Shown here: positions 50,463 to 62,260 of the stretch, piece by piece
Position numbering within the stretch: the stretch's first letter is position 1
Layout of the letters: each line of letters opens with the position of its first letter
From: Vicugna vicugna
Taxonomy: Eukaryota
Length of the DNA: 64,000 bases
Direction: 5' to 3'
NCBI GenBank assembly: GCA_013265495.1
Contig: MU058718.1
Coordinates: 1-64,000 of the forward strand
The notes under the pieces: model-generated
Told to the model about the DNA's origin: nothing
The model's database searches: none
The model's input: only the letters and a program-made list of their open reading frames with translations
Translations under genes and position numbers: made by a program

Positions 50463-51570
50463 TGTGGTAACCATCTTCCAAGGTCGCCCCTATGATCCCT
50501 ACCTTCTGGCATTCACACCCTGGTGCAGTCCCCTCCCACACTAGGCCAGAGTCTGTGTGAGCAGTAGAATACAGCAGAAGTGATGGTACTGATGCAGGAA
50601 AATGGATGTGAGGCGTGAGGAGGGCCGTGTCCCAGGTTGAGCCCCTGGGACATGCCCTGCGAAGTGTGGGTCCTTGGCTTCACATAGGAAAGAATTCAAG
50701 TGTGAGCCACAGTTAAGTAAAGATAGATTTATTTAGAGAGATATTTATTTATTTATCTAAAAATGGAGTGTAAGGCAAGAGAAAGGCAAGGAAAGAGGTG
50801 TAGGAGATGGGTGCTCAGTTAAAGTAAAAGTAGGTGCACACTCCGTAGACAGAGTACAAGCCGTCTCCAAAGAGGAGGGAGCGAAAAAGGCCGCTAGGCA
50901 CGGTGTTGCCCATTTTTGTGGGCTCAGTAGCTTCACATGCCTACAAGTGGGACCATTCCAACTACCCCGGGGAAGGGGCTGGGATTCCCAGGAATTGGGC
51001 CACCACCCATTCTTTGGCCTTTTGCAGTTAGCCTTGGGACTGGCGTGGTGCTTGCAGGCATGTTATTTATCACGCTGTTACAATGAGCATATAATGAAGC
51101 TCAAGGTCTACTAGAAGTCAGACCTGCCACCAACTTAATCCTCAAGGCCAACTGGGAGTTGAATCTTCCACCATTTTGGTGAATCTTCCATTTTGGTGTT
51201 AAATTGCTGTCATTCCTTGAGTGGCTGTGCCCTGCCCTCTTCCATCCTATCTCTAATTATTACAATTACATTGTAAAAGAATATGATTTCCATTTTGGCT
51301 GCTCTCTTGTGCTCCCTCTCTCTCCCTGTCTCTCTCTGACTCTCATCACATTCTCTTAGTGGGGAACAAGTTGCCATGTGTTAGCAGCCCTACAGAGAGG
51401 CCCATGTCAGGGGAACTAAAGCTTCTGGTCAACTGTCAGCAAAGAACTGAGACTGCCCAACAGTGAGCCTGGGAAGGGATTCTCCAGCCTCTGAGATGAC
51501 TGCAACCTCATGAGAGACCCTGATCTAGAACCACCTAGAAAACCCCTCTTTGATTCCTAATCCCATCTTC
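50463..51570 (+). mobile_element. MLT1D-like LTR interrupted by an ERV1 LTR
   Basis: TGATCCCTACCTTCTGGCATTCACACCC...AGAATACAGCAGAAGTGATGG / GCAGCCCTACAGAGAGGCCCATG...CAACCTCATGAGAGACCCTGA. Confidence 0.75.
50590..51253 (-). mobile_element. ERV1-type solo LTR
   Basis: GGTCCTTGGCTTCACATAGGAAAGAATTCAAG.GTGAGCCA...TTTATTTAGAG; GGAATTGGGCCACCACCCA; retains CpGs. Confidence 0.75.
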
Positions 51571-52099
51571 AATGAAACAGGGAAATACTACCATTCCAAA
51601 CAACAGCCATGAAGAATGCTTGCCAAACACTTTCAAATTTGAACAGAAATGATGAAAAGCACTGAGAGCCTTGGACCTCAGGTGGGGTGTATGTATTTCT
51701 GAGAATAGATGACAGTTCCAAAGAGTCTTTGATTAAAACACTAAGGCCAAAGGGCATGGGAGAAGCAGTAGTTGCCCCTAGTGAGACTCCAATTCTGTAA
51801 TGTCATGTGGCAGGGGAGGGAAGAAAGACCATGGTAGCAGTAAGTTGTTGTGTCTATAACCTGGTCTAGTAGCTGAGAGAGAGAAAGGGAGTTTAAGGGA
51901 TTTTCCAGAGGTGGTTTAAGGGGGTTTTGCTGTATACCACACTAACCTCCTGAATGCCAAATATGAAAAGTATATGAACCCTTAGGAAAGAGGAAGCAGT
52001 GGTTATAGGAAGCTGAAGACTTTCCAACTTTTCTTGACCTCCTCCCCCTATAAATCTCCCCTGCTGTCATCAGATATAAACCATCCAGGCTGTATGCAT

Positions 52100-52960
52100 A
52101 TAGGCTGGAAGAAGAAAGAAAAGAGTAAAGAAATGTAGTCAAACTACAGATAAAGAACACAAAAGAGGAATTACCCAAGGAAACAGAGGAAGGGTTCGAA
52201 AAACAATAGGGATGAAAGGCAAGCCAGCAGAGCTCAGGAAGAAATGGTGGAATAGAAATAGAAAAGCATTGTCAAAAAACACTACATGATAAATAAATGT
52301 GGAAAAACACAATCAAAAACAAGAACAAAGGACATAAATGACAGGTTTTTTAAAGCCCCAGAAAGATGCAAAAGGGCAATGATATAAAAAATAGTAGAGA
52401 GGATAACATAGAAGTCAAAGGAGATCTAGCAGACACAGTTGATAGTCTCAAAGAATAGAAACAAACAAATTTTTAAAGTTTTTCCCAAAAATGATAGAAA
52501 AAAATTATTCCAAAATAAAGATTTGAATCTTCAGGACAGAAAGCCATAACATGACCAGGAAAAACTAAGGTAGAATTCCCCGAATCAAGGTATGTTCTAA
52601 TGAAGGGAAAAGGACCAATCCAGACAGAGAACAGCAAAAATTACATACAAAGCAAATAAGAAAAATTTACACACAAGAGAGCAAAATCTAATGGCCCTAC
52701 TTCTCCACAAAAATCATCTGTTCCAGCAGACAGTAGAATAATGTCTGGAGAGGTCTATAGGAAAGTGAGACCTAAGAATTTTTACTTAAAAAAAATTATA
52801 TTCAGCAAATTTGCTCTTCATAAATGAAAGCAAAATACAGAGACTTTCCAGCATGAGAGGACTCAAGCGAAACAGCAACTTTGAGCTCTTCTTGAAAAAA
52901 CAGACAAAACAAAACTCTGATGATAGAATGCAGTCATCCAAGGGCAGGCAGAATCAAAAC
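52100..52960 (+). mobile_element. ancient L1 ORF1 / HAL1-like fragment
   Basis: Purine-rich; AAAATGATAGAAAAAAATTATTCC...GATTTGAATCTTCAG resembles ORF1 IEENFP..KDLNLQ. Confidence 0.55.
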
Positions 52961-53060
52961 AAAAGATTTAGAAAAGAAGGGGCCCTGGTAAAATGGCTCG
53001 TGGTGAGTATAGACTATGGTGACAGACTACCGGGCTTGAGTCACATCTCTGTGTGACCTG

Positions 53061-53541
53061 TGTCAACTGAAATAAATGCACAGCCTAGAAGTTGAAAGTT
53101 ATCTTTTATTTGGCGGGAGGGCTCAAGCCAGGATGACAGCCTCTCAGATGGCTCCGAGGGACTGCTCCGAAGAGGTAGGGGAGGAGCTAGGATATATAGC
53201 TTTACAACAGAGACCAGGAGTTGGAACAATAAAAGATTACTTGATATCTGAAGAAAACCAGGCATCTCAAGTTAAAGAATTTAGTGCTTTTCTATGTATG
53301 GGAGGAAGCAAACATTGGGGCTCGTTGAATTCATTCCTTTGACAAGCATCTAGTTATCTAGGGCCAGCATCTTGCTTTTATTATTCTGAGTCCGCAGAGT
53401 GCACCATTGTGAATGGCTGCAGAGGCTGAGCTGCAGGCTTGTCTTCACTGTTGCGGGGGTTGGGGGGTGGCAGCGGCTGATGACTTGAGGGCTTCAGCAT
53501 TCTTTGTTTACTGACATGGTATACAGTATTTTTCATTCACA
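53061..53541 (-). mobile_element. ERV1-type solo LTR inserted in a MIR
   Basis: TG...CA termini, 4-bp TSD CCTG/TCTG, GACAGCCTCTCAGATGGCTCCGAGGGACTGCTCCGAAGAGGT; MIR resumes at 53542. Confidence 0.85.
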
Positions 53542-54429
53542 TCTGGGATAAATCATTTAAACTCTCTGTACCTAAGTATTTTCATTGTAAAATGAAGACG
53601 ACAGTTGAATTGAAGTCTTAAAATTTCTAAGACTCCATTTGGCTCATGTCTGAAATGCACTTAGAGCAATGCCTGGTAAAGAAAAGTCTGTGAGCTCTAT
53701 CTGTGAAGCTAGTATTTCATTTTAGAAAAAAAGGCTAAACAACTGTGAGAGCTGTTGTTACAAATCAGATATTGGGGACCTCACAGGATTGCTAAGAAGG
53801 CTACCTGGCAAACTTAAAAAGACTTCATAGCCAAGAACATCTGAAACAATGCTTCAAGACCGGGTAGTGAAGACAGGCCTATTGCACTGCCAAGCACCAG
53901 AAGCTGCAGCATCTGACCCCAACACCAACCCCCCTGGCAAGAGACACCGCTCTCCTCTGCTAACAGTGCTGCCCCTGGTGCTCCTGAAAGTTGCTCTTGC
54001 TGTAGTGGCCACCAGAGTGAGTGTACCTGGTGGGTGAGCCTTGGTCACACGTCCACACCCAAGGTGCAAGGGAAACTGGGACATGAGTATTGGCACTTCA
54101 GCTTTGTAGTGGCAGGTGGGCTGTCTCCCACCCAGATTCATGTGGAGAATTTCCCAAGCACAATAAGGGATTCAGATGCTGGGCAACCTGAAGGAATGAC
54201 GTATCTCCTTTACAATAAAATGAGTCAATACCGGGCACAAGCCCTATACACAGAATGCTTAGGGCCAAATGTACCGCAACTATGGCCAAGTTAATTAAGC
54301 TGTAAGAGCCTCCTCATCTTTAAGTAGAGATAATAATAGTACCATTCTCATAGTGCTGTCCTGAGGATGAAATGACTTACCTCATCAAGTAAGTTAATTC
54401 TAGTGCTCAGTGTTAGATATGTTAAAATA

Positions 54430-54510
54430 ATTCTTCTCCTTCTCCTCCTTCTCCCTTCCCTCTTCTCTTTTCTTCTCTTCCTCCCCTCCCTTCTTCCTCC
54501 CCACTCCTTC
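54430..54510. repeat. CT-rich low-complexity tract
   Basis: Almost pure pyrimidine. Confidence 0.9.
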
Positions 54511-55912
54511 ATAGCCCAATATCAACAATACCTTTCTTCACATATATATAATCCCCAAAATGCTCTCCCCTAATAAAACTAAATTATCCTTATGCAAGTA
54601 AAACTATACTCATCCCTTCTTAAAATCTCAAAGTCTAAACAGTTACCACATCCAGCTTATTAAGTTCGGGATATCTGGGAGATACCCATTGTCTTTTTTT
54701 CTCTCGCAGTCTTTACTGATAGTCCGTAATATGTAGGATAAAATTTAAAGTTAACTACCACCAGTATGTTCTCTATACATAGCTGTGGGGGGAAAGGAGG
54801 AAGAGGGGAAACTAAACACATAAGTATGTACATGACACAGTAAAGGGAAAACACGAGTTGCTGAAATTGTTTTCACTTCTGCAATGTTGTATAAATACCA
54901 TAGTATTTATGACTTATTTTTCCACCACCTATTTCATGTTCCCTCGGTTTTCCACCAGCATCTCAGCTGGTTGAGATTTTTTACTTGATGAAATAAACTA
55001 AGCCTTAATTTCTGTAGGATCTAAGCCTTTTGTGGTCTAGTTGCAATCAGGTTACTGCAGTTTTCCACTTACTTCTGCCATCGGCAGTGGAGGAGGCGGT
55101 CCAGAGGTTCCCTTGAGTCCCATCCATATTCCTTCTTTCCCTCACTCTGTGCCATGTCGCCAGTTGAGTTCTGTGAAAGCAGACACAGAAGTGAAGGCTG
55201 GGGTGCCAGTTGTTTGTTAGGGATCGACACCTGTGACTTTAAGGGAGCAGAAGCAGAATTGAGCAGAATAACTGAACTGTAGTGCAAGTCAGCAAAGCCT
55301 CAGCCAGCCTGGTGGCAGCTCTGGAGGAAGCACTGCCAGTCACCACTGTGTCCCGAGTCAATGGTTGTCCCAGGAAGGGTGTGGCCCAGGCAAGGCATCT
55401 CTTGTCAGCTAAGGACTTGATATCTGGAAGCTGGCTGCTGATCGTATTGCCCTTAGCTGGGCAGCAGTCCTTCCTTTAAAGGTATCTAGCCGGCTCATCT
55501 CTGTGTTTTCCACAGGGAGCAGTTTCATTTCCCCTTAGAAGTCAGGCGCAATTACCCTATCAACATTGTAAACCTCTCTTTCTTTGTCTGTTCAGCCAAT
55601 GGCATGTGGAAACCTCACCTTCCTGTCCATTAGAACCATAATTGCATCTGCTAATGGAAGCATTCCTCCCCTGGGCAGGACAAAGCACAAAACTTTGAAG
55701 ATGCACAAAGTAAATTTTGTTAGTGAATCATTGAGTCAAATGGTCAGAGGTGCCTCCTCCACCTGCTTTGTCATTTGGAGCATATAGCTGAATATACTGT
55801 AGTTTTAGGAAAACAGAGATTTACATGTTTACATTAGAGATGTTCTCCTAGGGAAAAAAAAAATCTCTAAGTCAAGTTGTGGCAAGCTGAATTGTATTTT
55901 AGATGCATTTAT

Positions 55913-56086
55913 GGGGGAGGGTATAGTTCAGTGGTTAGAGTACATGCTTAGCATGCAGGGGGTCCTGGGTTCAATCCCAATAATTAAATAAATAAGTAAA
56001 CCTAATTACACTCCCTCCCCTCCCCCCAAAGAACAAACCAAACCAAAAACAAAACAAAACAAAACAATAGCAACAAAAAATAAAGC
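55913..56086 (+). mobile_element. Vic-1-like SINE with (CAAAA)n tail
   Basis: GGGGGAGGGTATAGTTCAGTGG...GGTTCAATCCC; TSD AGATGCATTT (55901-55910, 56087-56096). Confidence 0.9.
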
Positions 56087-56244
56087 AGATGCATTTGGGA
56101 AGCTCATAATGTAAAGGAAATTATTCAGCAAAAATAAATTTATTTTACTAATTAAATTGTCACTTTTTTATCATCTAACTTCCTTTTCCAATCTGCTCTC
56201 CACCTCCAGTAAAATTAATATATTTTATCAATTAACGTGCTTGA

Positions 56245-56625
56245 TATGGAGTTTTAAAAGTAATACGTACCTGCACTGTTAACTACAATTTAATATCCTG
56301 TAATGTTCCCTGGAAACAGTGGTTTCTTATTCCTGATGAAATACCTAGGACTTGTGAAATTATCCCAGCAGGAGGTAATAGAAAAGTGAATGTAACACCT
56401 TTCTGTAGGTGAATGAGGAAGTTAAATACAGATCCCTTTAGGGGCCCTAAGCACTCGGTCTCAATAAGAAAAATGCACAATAGCCCAAAGGTTAAGGGAA
56501 AATTTGTGGATGACTACAGTTCAATACCGTAGAAGCTGGAAGGTTTTAAGGCTTCCGGGAGTCAGATGAGTAAATGTTTAAATAATTGTGATTTGATTTT
56601 AATTTCAATATATTGTGGTTCTTAA
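56245..56625 (+). pseudogene. candidate fossil coding segment G
   Basis: 127 codons, 2 internal stops: YGVLKVIRTCTVNYNLISCNVPWKQWFLIPDEIPRTCEIIPAGGNRKVNVTPFCR*MRKLNTDPFRGPK...KGKFVDDYSSIP*KLEGFKASGS. Confidence 0.4.
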
Positions 56626-57549
56626 CAGACTCTTTCAATTCCTTTTAATTTTATCAAGACTTTGTAAATTTTGCTTTTGCAATATTCTATAGTATTGTTC
56701 ATTAACTTAGCACTTTCTCTGTGTCAGACCAAGGAGTTACAAAATACTGTCCTTCCCCCAAGGAGCTCACAACCCATGGGTATGCAGAAAAGTAAACTTA
56801 AAATGATGGTGGTACCCTAATAGGTACATACACGAATGCCTGAAAGAGAACCACTAAAGGCCGTAAGGAAAAGTGGCATGTGGACATGTCACTCAAGCCG
56901 AGATGCAAGGCTGTGTAAGAATGAGCAGAGAACATTGCTTCTTCTGCTGCTTCTTGATCTTTCAGTTTTGTAAGAATGCACCTTCAGCTTGCCCTGTGGA
57001 AAGGGAAGGATTTAGCCTGCTTTCACTCCTGCCCACAACAGGTACTGCCCCTCCCATTCTGTCACTCCCTTGAGAGACTCATATCATAATTCTGGTTAGA
57101 TCAGCCTCAATATTTACATTAGAGTTACAATGCAAATGATATTCATGGTTGAGCCATTTGGCATATCAGGATAATTTTTCCTTTCTTTCCTTATTAATTA
57201 CCTTCCTCATTTGCTTGGTTTTCAGCCACAAACATTCATTTTAAGTCCCTGAATCTCCACCCAAGTTTTTGCTCTATCAAGTTTTGCATTAATTTCATCT
57301 TCTTCCTCTCTCCTGGAGTCTTATGACCTGCTCCAAATCCAAATGGGTTGCCCTACCTGCTGGTGCCATCAGCCTGGGTTGCTGCAGGCCGCAGGCTGGG
57401 ATCTCCCTTCCCTCTCATGGTAAGAAAGGGTTACCCTTTCTCCCTCCTGTTTCCTTCTCTCTTAATTGACTCTTACATTGGGAGGCATGCCTCCTGATAC
57501 CTTGAGAAAGGGAGTATAAGAAATAAAGGTTTTGAGACCACTTATGTTT

Positions 57550-58330
57550 GGAGATGGGATTGGGGAAGGAAAGAGATTGCAAAGGAACATGAGGACACTG
57601 TGGAGGGAGGTGGATGTACTCATTATCTTTGTTGTAGTATGGTTTCATAGTTGTATACATCTGGCAAAACTTACCAAACTGTGTGTAGTATATTATATTT
57701 TAATTATACCTCAAGCTGCAAGAAAATAAAGGAGAAAAGAAGATATGCATATAGAATGTAAATGTTTATTAACTTGTTAGCAACTCTGTGGAGAAACAGG
57801 TACTCTAATACAGTGCTAGTGGGAATGCAAATGGCACAGCCTCTGTAGAGAGGACTTGACACTATCCACCCAAACTACAAATATACTTAGCCTTTGGCCC
57901 AGTAATTTCACTTCTATGAATCTGGACCAAACATAGACTGGCAGAAATACAAAATGATGTCTGTAACGAAACTGTTAAAGCATTATTTGTAATAGCAAAA
58001 GACTGGAATCAGTCTAGGTGTGCATCTGCAGAATACTGGTAAATGATGGTGTAGCACATAATGAAGCATCACTCAGTTGAAAAGAAATGAAGAGGGTCTT
58101 AATACACTGCTCTGGAGTGAGCTACAGAATGTATTGTTAAGTGAAGATATCAAGTTATTAAACATTGAAGATATTGCTACTTTTTGTTCCTGAAAATGCT
58201 CTGTATCTTGATCTGGGTGGTAGCTACATGGGGTGTATAAATATGTAAAACTTCACTGAGGTGTACATTTAAGATTAGTGCATATTCCCAAATGTATGTT
58301 AAATCTCAATTTAAAATTGAAAAAAAATAG
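57550..58330 (+). mobile_element. old L1M 3' fragments
   Basis: TGTGGAGAAACAGGTACTC, TTTGTAATAGCAAAAGACTGGAA, CTGTATCTTGATCTGGGTGGTAG. Confidence 0.75.
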
Positions 58331-59989
58331 ATGACGGCAGATTGAGTAAAGAGTGGGAGAAGAGGAAATAGAAATAGTGAGACTTCGGGCCATGAAGAGG
58401 AAGCACTAGCTGGAACAGAATGTAATATCAAGGGAGAATTTTTCTCCGCCTCCTTTCTTTCCCTTTCTTCTTTTCTTTTTTCCTTCTTTTTCGTAATGGG
58501 AAGGACTTGAGCATATGGAAAAGTTAATGATTGTTGAGAAAGACCAGTTGAAAAGTAGAATTGACTCTATGTAGGAAAAAGAAAGTATAATCAATAGTGT
58601 TAAGGTCCTTGGAAAGTTGGGAGGGTGGAGGGCCTGGGAATCAAAGTACAAGTAGAGAGATCGTTCCTAAATGGAGCAGAAACATTTCTACTATCCCAAC
58701 AGGGGGCAAGGAGGCTGGAATGGGGGCAGCTATAGGAGGTTTGTAGGACTGGGAACACTAGGCACAACTGTACTGTGTAAAGGAGCTAGGAGAGTAGAGC
58801 ACGCAGTGGGGTAGAAGACAGAGTGGTTGTAGAATCCAGAAAGTAGAAAGAGTTTGAAATAGTGTCACACGGAGTGGGAGAGTAGGACATCAGCTGAGAA
58901 GGAAATACAGTAGGATTGTCAGTTATTAAGGGCCTATTTGAAGTGAATGATATGGCTTTCTCCAGCAGGGCTCGGTGGAAGCAGGAAGTTGGATCTATCC
59001 ACAATTGGGTTTTGCCAGATTGGTACAAATAAGAGAAAAGGGGGTAGATAATTGGCCAAGCATATTACTAAAATGATGAATCATTCAGTCTAAGGTGGAT
59101 CAACAGGGAATTAAAGAAAGCAGAAGCCTGATTAATTAGAAGGCTTGAAGAATTGGCTTTCCAATGAGGTTGAAAAGTGGTTGTAATGGGACTGGTTGAA
59201 AGCTATGAGTCAGCATTTCCCAAAGCGTGTTCTGAAGAATATTACCAGATAAATGGCTCACGCACTAATAATGCATCTTTAAGATTCTGAGGCATTTTGC
59301 ATCACAGAAACCTGTTTACTGTGTTTAGCCAGGCACACCCTGAACCCTTGAATTACTAAACCTTTTTGTTAATGTAACATCTATTAACATTTTCTAAACT
59401 GGTGTTCTTCCAAACATCTTCTCAAAGTTCTGCTTTTTATGTCACATGCTGAAACTCTTACATTAATGGGACCAAGTGAATAATTATCACAGAATGTGAG
59501 CATTGTTTTTACGTCTGTTTTAATGTATTTCAATATGAAAAGATTATTTTCCTACTAAAAGTATATATAAGAGTACAACATATTTTCAAAAGGTTAAAGG
59601 GAATATGGTTCATGAGGTTAATAATGTTAGGTTTACCTCATTCTGCTATGAAGGTGAATAAAAGACAACACTATTGTGTGGGATAATTAGAGTCCAAATT
59701 TAACCACTAAGATTATTATCTTAGTCTGCTTTAATAATATACCTCATTTTGACCATTAAGCAGCCTTCTGTTAAAACTAATTATATCCCAGCTTAAGAAA
59801 AGACATTGAATGATAAAAGTCCTGATGTTAATCATACCAAATATGTATTTCTATTCTTTAAACCTCAAAATAAGTTTCTACTATAAATAGTAAGAAGAAT
59901 AAGGACTAGTAATTGAAATTTGACAAATAGAAAAGGTCTCTATTTTCCTTTACTGCATTAATTTAAGAACAATAAAAAAGTTAAGTATC

Positions 59990-60315
59990 TGATGTAAACT
60001 GAATGAATGTATTTGCTGTGATCCCTAAGGGAGGATTATACTTGCCTACCTCCCTGACATTAGATTTGAATTGAAGTGACATGAGTTACTTACAAGCAGG
60101 AGCTTTAAGATTCAATGCATGGTTCACATGACTTGTTTCCTCCTGCCACAACACAAGCAGTGCTCCAGATAGAGGCTGCTCTGTCAGCATGACTCCCTGG
60201 ATAAAGGTGCCGACCTTCAGTGGATCCTGGAAGGACAAATGGCATGAGCAAGAAATACCAAGATTTGGGGGTTCTCGGTTACCACAGCATAACCCAGTTT
60301 ATACTGACTGATACA
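59990..60315 (+). mobile_element. old MLT1-type LTR
   Basis: GGAGCTTTAAGA...CCAGATAGAGGCTGCTCTGTCAGC...GTTACCACAGCATAACCCAG...GACTGATACA. Confidence 0.7.
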
Positions 60316-60560
60316 GAAATCACATTTTCCATACTCTAAACTGGCAACTGTTAATGAACAGAAATAAAACTGATCACCAGAAGCATAAAACTCCCCTCAC
60401 AGAATGTTTAGAGCAGTGGTGGCAAATTGGCTTTATCTATCCCGTCTACACAGATGGACTTGTAACGACTGCCAGAATCAGCTCCGGAGAGAAGGAATCT
60501 GAAGCCAGGTCTTTGCTCAGCAGAAGAGGGTGCCATATTCATCAGTGTGCCTTCCAGTAG
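60315..60560 (+). pseudogene. candidate fossil coding segment H
   Basis: About 80 open codons starting at the LTR boundary (...MNRNKTDHQKHKTPLTECLEQWWQIGFIYPVYTDGLVTTARISSGEKESEARSLL...). Confidence 0.25.
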
Positions 60561-61159
60561 AAAGAGGGGTAATAAGCTGCCCAACCCTGGTCTAAGATGC
60601 ACAATCTATGCTCACTATCATTTCTGTTTTTTTCTCGTTCTATGCAGCAGGCATTCTTTTTTTAATGCATCTAGAAATAAACAGAAACTAGTTCACTAAA
60701 ATATTTAGAACAATAAATAATTTCATTTAATTTACTGATGGAAGGAGGAAGAAAATGTTACTATCAGAGCTGATCACAGAATTCCTCCTCAGGCAGAGAA
60801 CTGTCTTTGTTAGAAACATCTCAGATGGACTTTTTAGTTATTAGGACGGCCCTCTAGGCCATGTCTGGCCAGTTTGCAGAGAAAGGAAAATAGTTAAACT
60901 GTTTTGCATCAGAAACACTCAGTAATTTTTGAAGTTTTTGCTGAATGAACCACAATGAAGCCAAGAGAAGTCCGAGAAAAGGATCAGAAGGGATCCAGAA
61001 ACATGGCAGGGGGCCGAGGGTAAGAAATGACAGGAATTTTCCCAGAGGATGAAATAACTGAAGGACTTTTAAAAACTGAGATGGTTAAGTATTCAGTTGC
61101 AAGTATTTTGCCCTTCTATTATATAATGTAACACTCCCAACCCTAATACACACGCACAC

Positions 61160-61600
61160 TATTATAGTTGAAATTATATCCTCTGAAAATTCATACACTG
61201 AAGTCCTAACACCCGCCTGCCCCACCCGCAGCCCCCAATGGTACCTCAGACTGTGACCTTATTTGGAAATAGTGTTGTTGCAGATGTAATTAAGATGAGG
61301 TCCTACTGAAGATGGGCCCCTAACCCAGTATGACTAGTGTCCTTATAAAAAGAGAAATTTTTGACACAGACAGGGAGAACGCCATGTGAAGATTGGAGTT
61401 ATACTGCTACAAGCCAAGGAACTACCAGAGACTAGGAGAGACGCCTGGAATGGTCCCTCCCTCATGCCTTCTGAGGAAGCACAGCCCCGCCGACTCCTTG
61501 ATCTCAGACTCCCAGCTTCTAGAACTGTGGGACAACAAACTTCTGTGGTTCAAGCCACTCAGTTTGCGTTACTTTATTACACCAGCTTTAGGAGACACAC
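61160..61600 (+). mobile_element. MLT1B-like LTR
   Basis: TGAAGTCCTAAC, TGTGACCTTATTTGGAAATAG, GTGTCCTTATAAAAAG, CAAGCCAAGGAA, CTTCTAGAACTGTG. Confidence 0.85.
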
Positions 61601-62199
61601 ATACACACACACAAATCCCATTGCCCAAATCTCCAGTAAAGTCTACAGCACACACAGCCATGAACAGCGGCACTTGAGTACTGAGGGTTTGTCAGGAGTC
61701 CAGTAAGTAGACACTATATGCAAGAGGAACAGGGCTTACAGGGGGCAGAACGCAGAGTGGAGACCAAGAAGGCAGTGGAAGCAGACAGAAGTGGCAGAGG
61801 GGACACAAACTCCCTTCATTTGTGTTGTCAGAAAGAATTTTCAGAGCTCTTGAGAAAGCATCTGGGCTACTTACTGCATAAGGGATGAAGATTTTAACAA
61901 TTTTTACCAAATCACAAAGGACCAAATGAGCTCATTAAGCTGGGGAAGTTAGAAACAGCTAATGGCTGACATCTGGCTCACACGACTAATGATGTCAAGT
62001 GGATGTCACCTGTTCATTGCCGGTGAGTCGCGTAAGTCATGAGCAATTGAAGGAAACTGGCTCACTGCACCATCCCTGAAAAAAAGCAGCCCCCGCAACC
62101 ATCCAGGCTGCTCTGACCTTGGCCTAATGCTCATGATTGCCCACACAGTGATAATGAGTTTGCTATCCTCTGGCTTTTAGAGGTAAGGGAACTTGGTCT

Positions 62200-62260
62200 A
62201 ATGCCTGCTGACTCATAAGATATAGGGGCCCTGGCCTGCCTCTGATGTGACGTGGGCACT
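62200..62260. promoter_or_regulatory. putative bZIP motif pair (MARE/ARE + UPRE/CRE-like)
   Basis: TGCTGACTCAT 62206-62216 and TGACGTGG 62248-62255 in non-repeat DNA. Confidence 0.3.

Noticed and set aside
51161..51198. GAATCTTCCA..TTTTGGTG micro-duplication
   Set aside because: Ordinary slippage inside an ERV1 LTR
56245..56625. Alpha-kinase (ALPK-like) assignment from EIIP and GKFV..YS
   Set aside because: Motif spacing is about double what I recall for ALPK2 and other kinase motifs are absent
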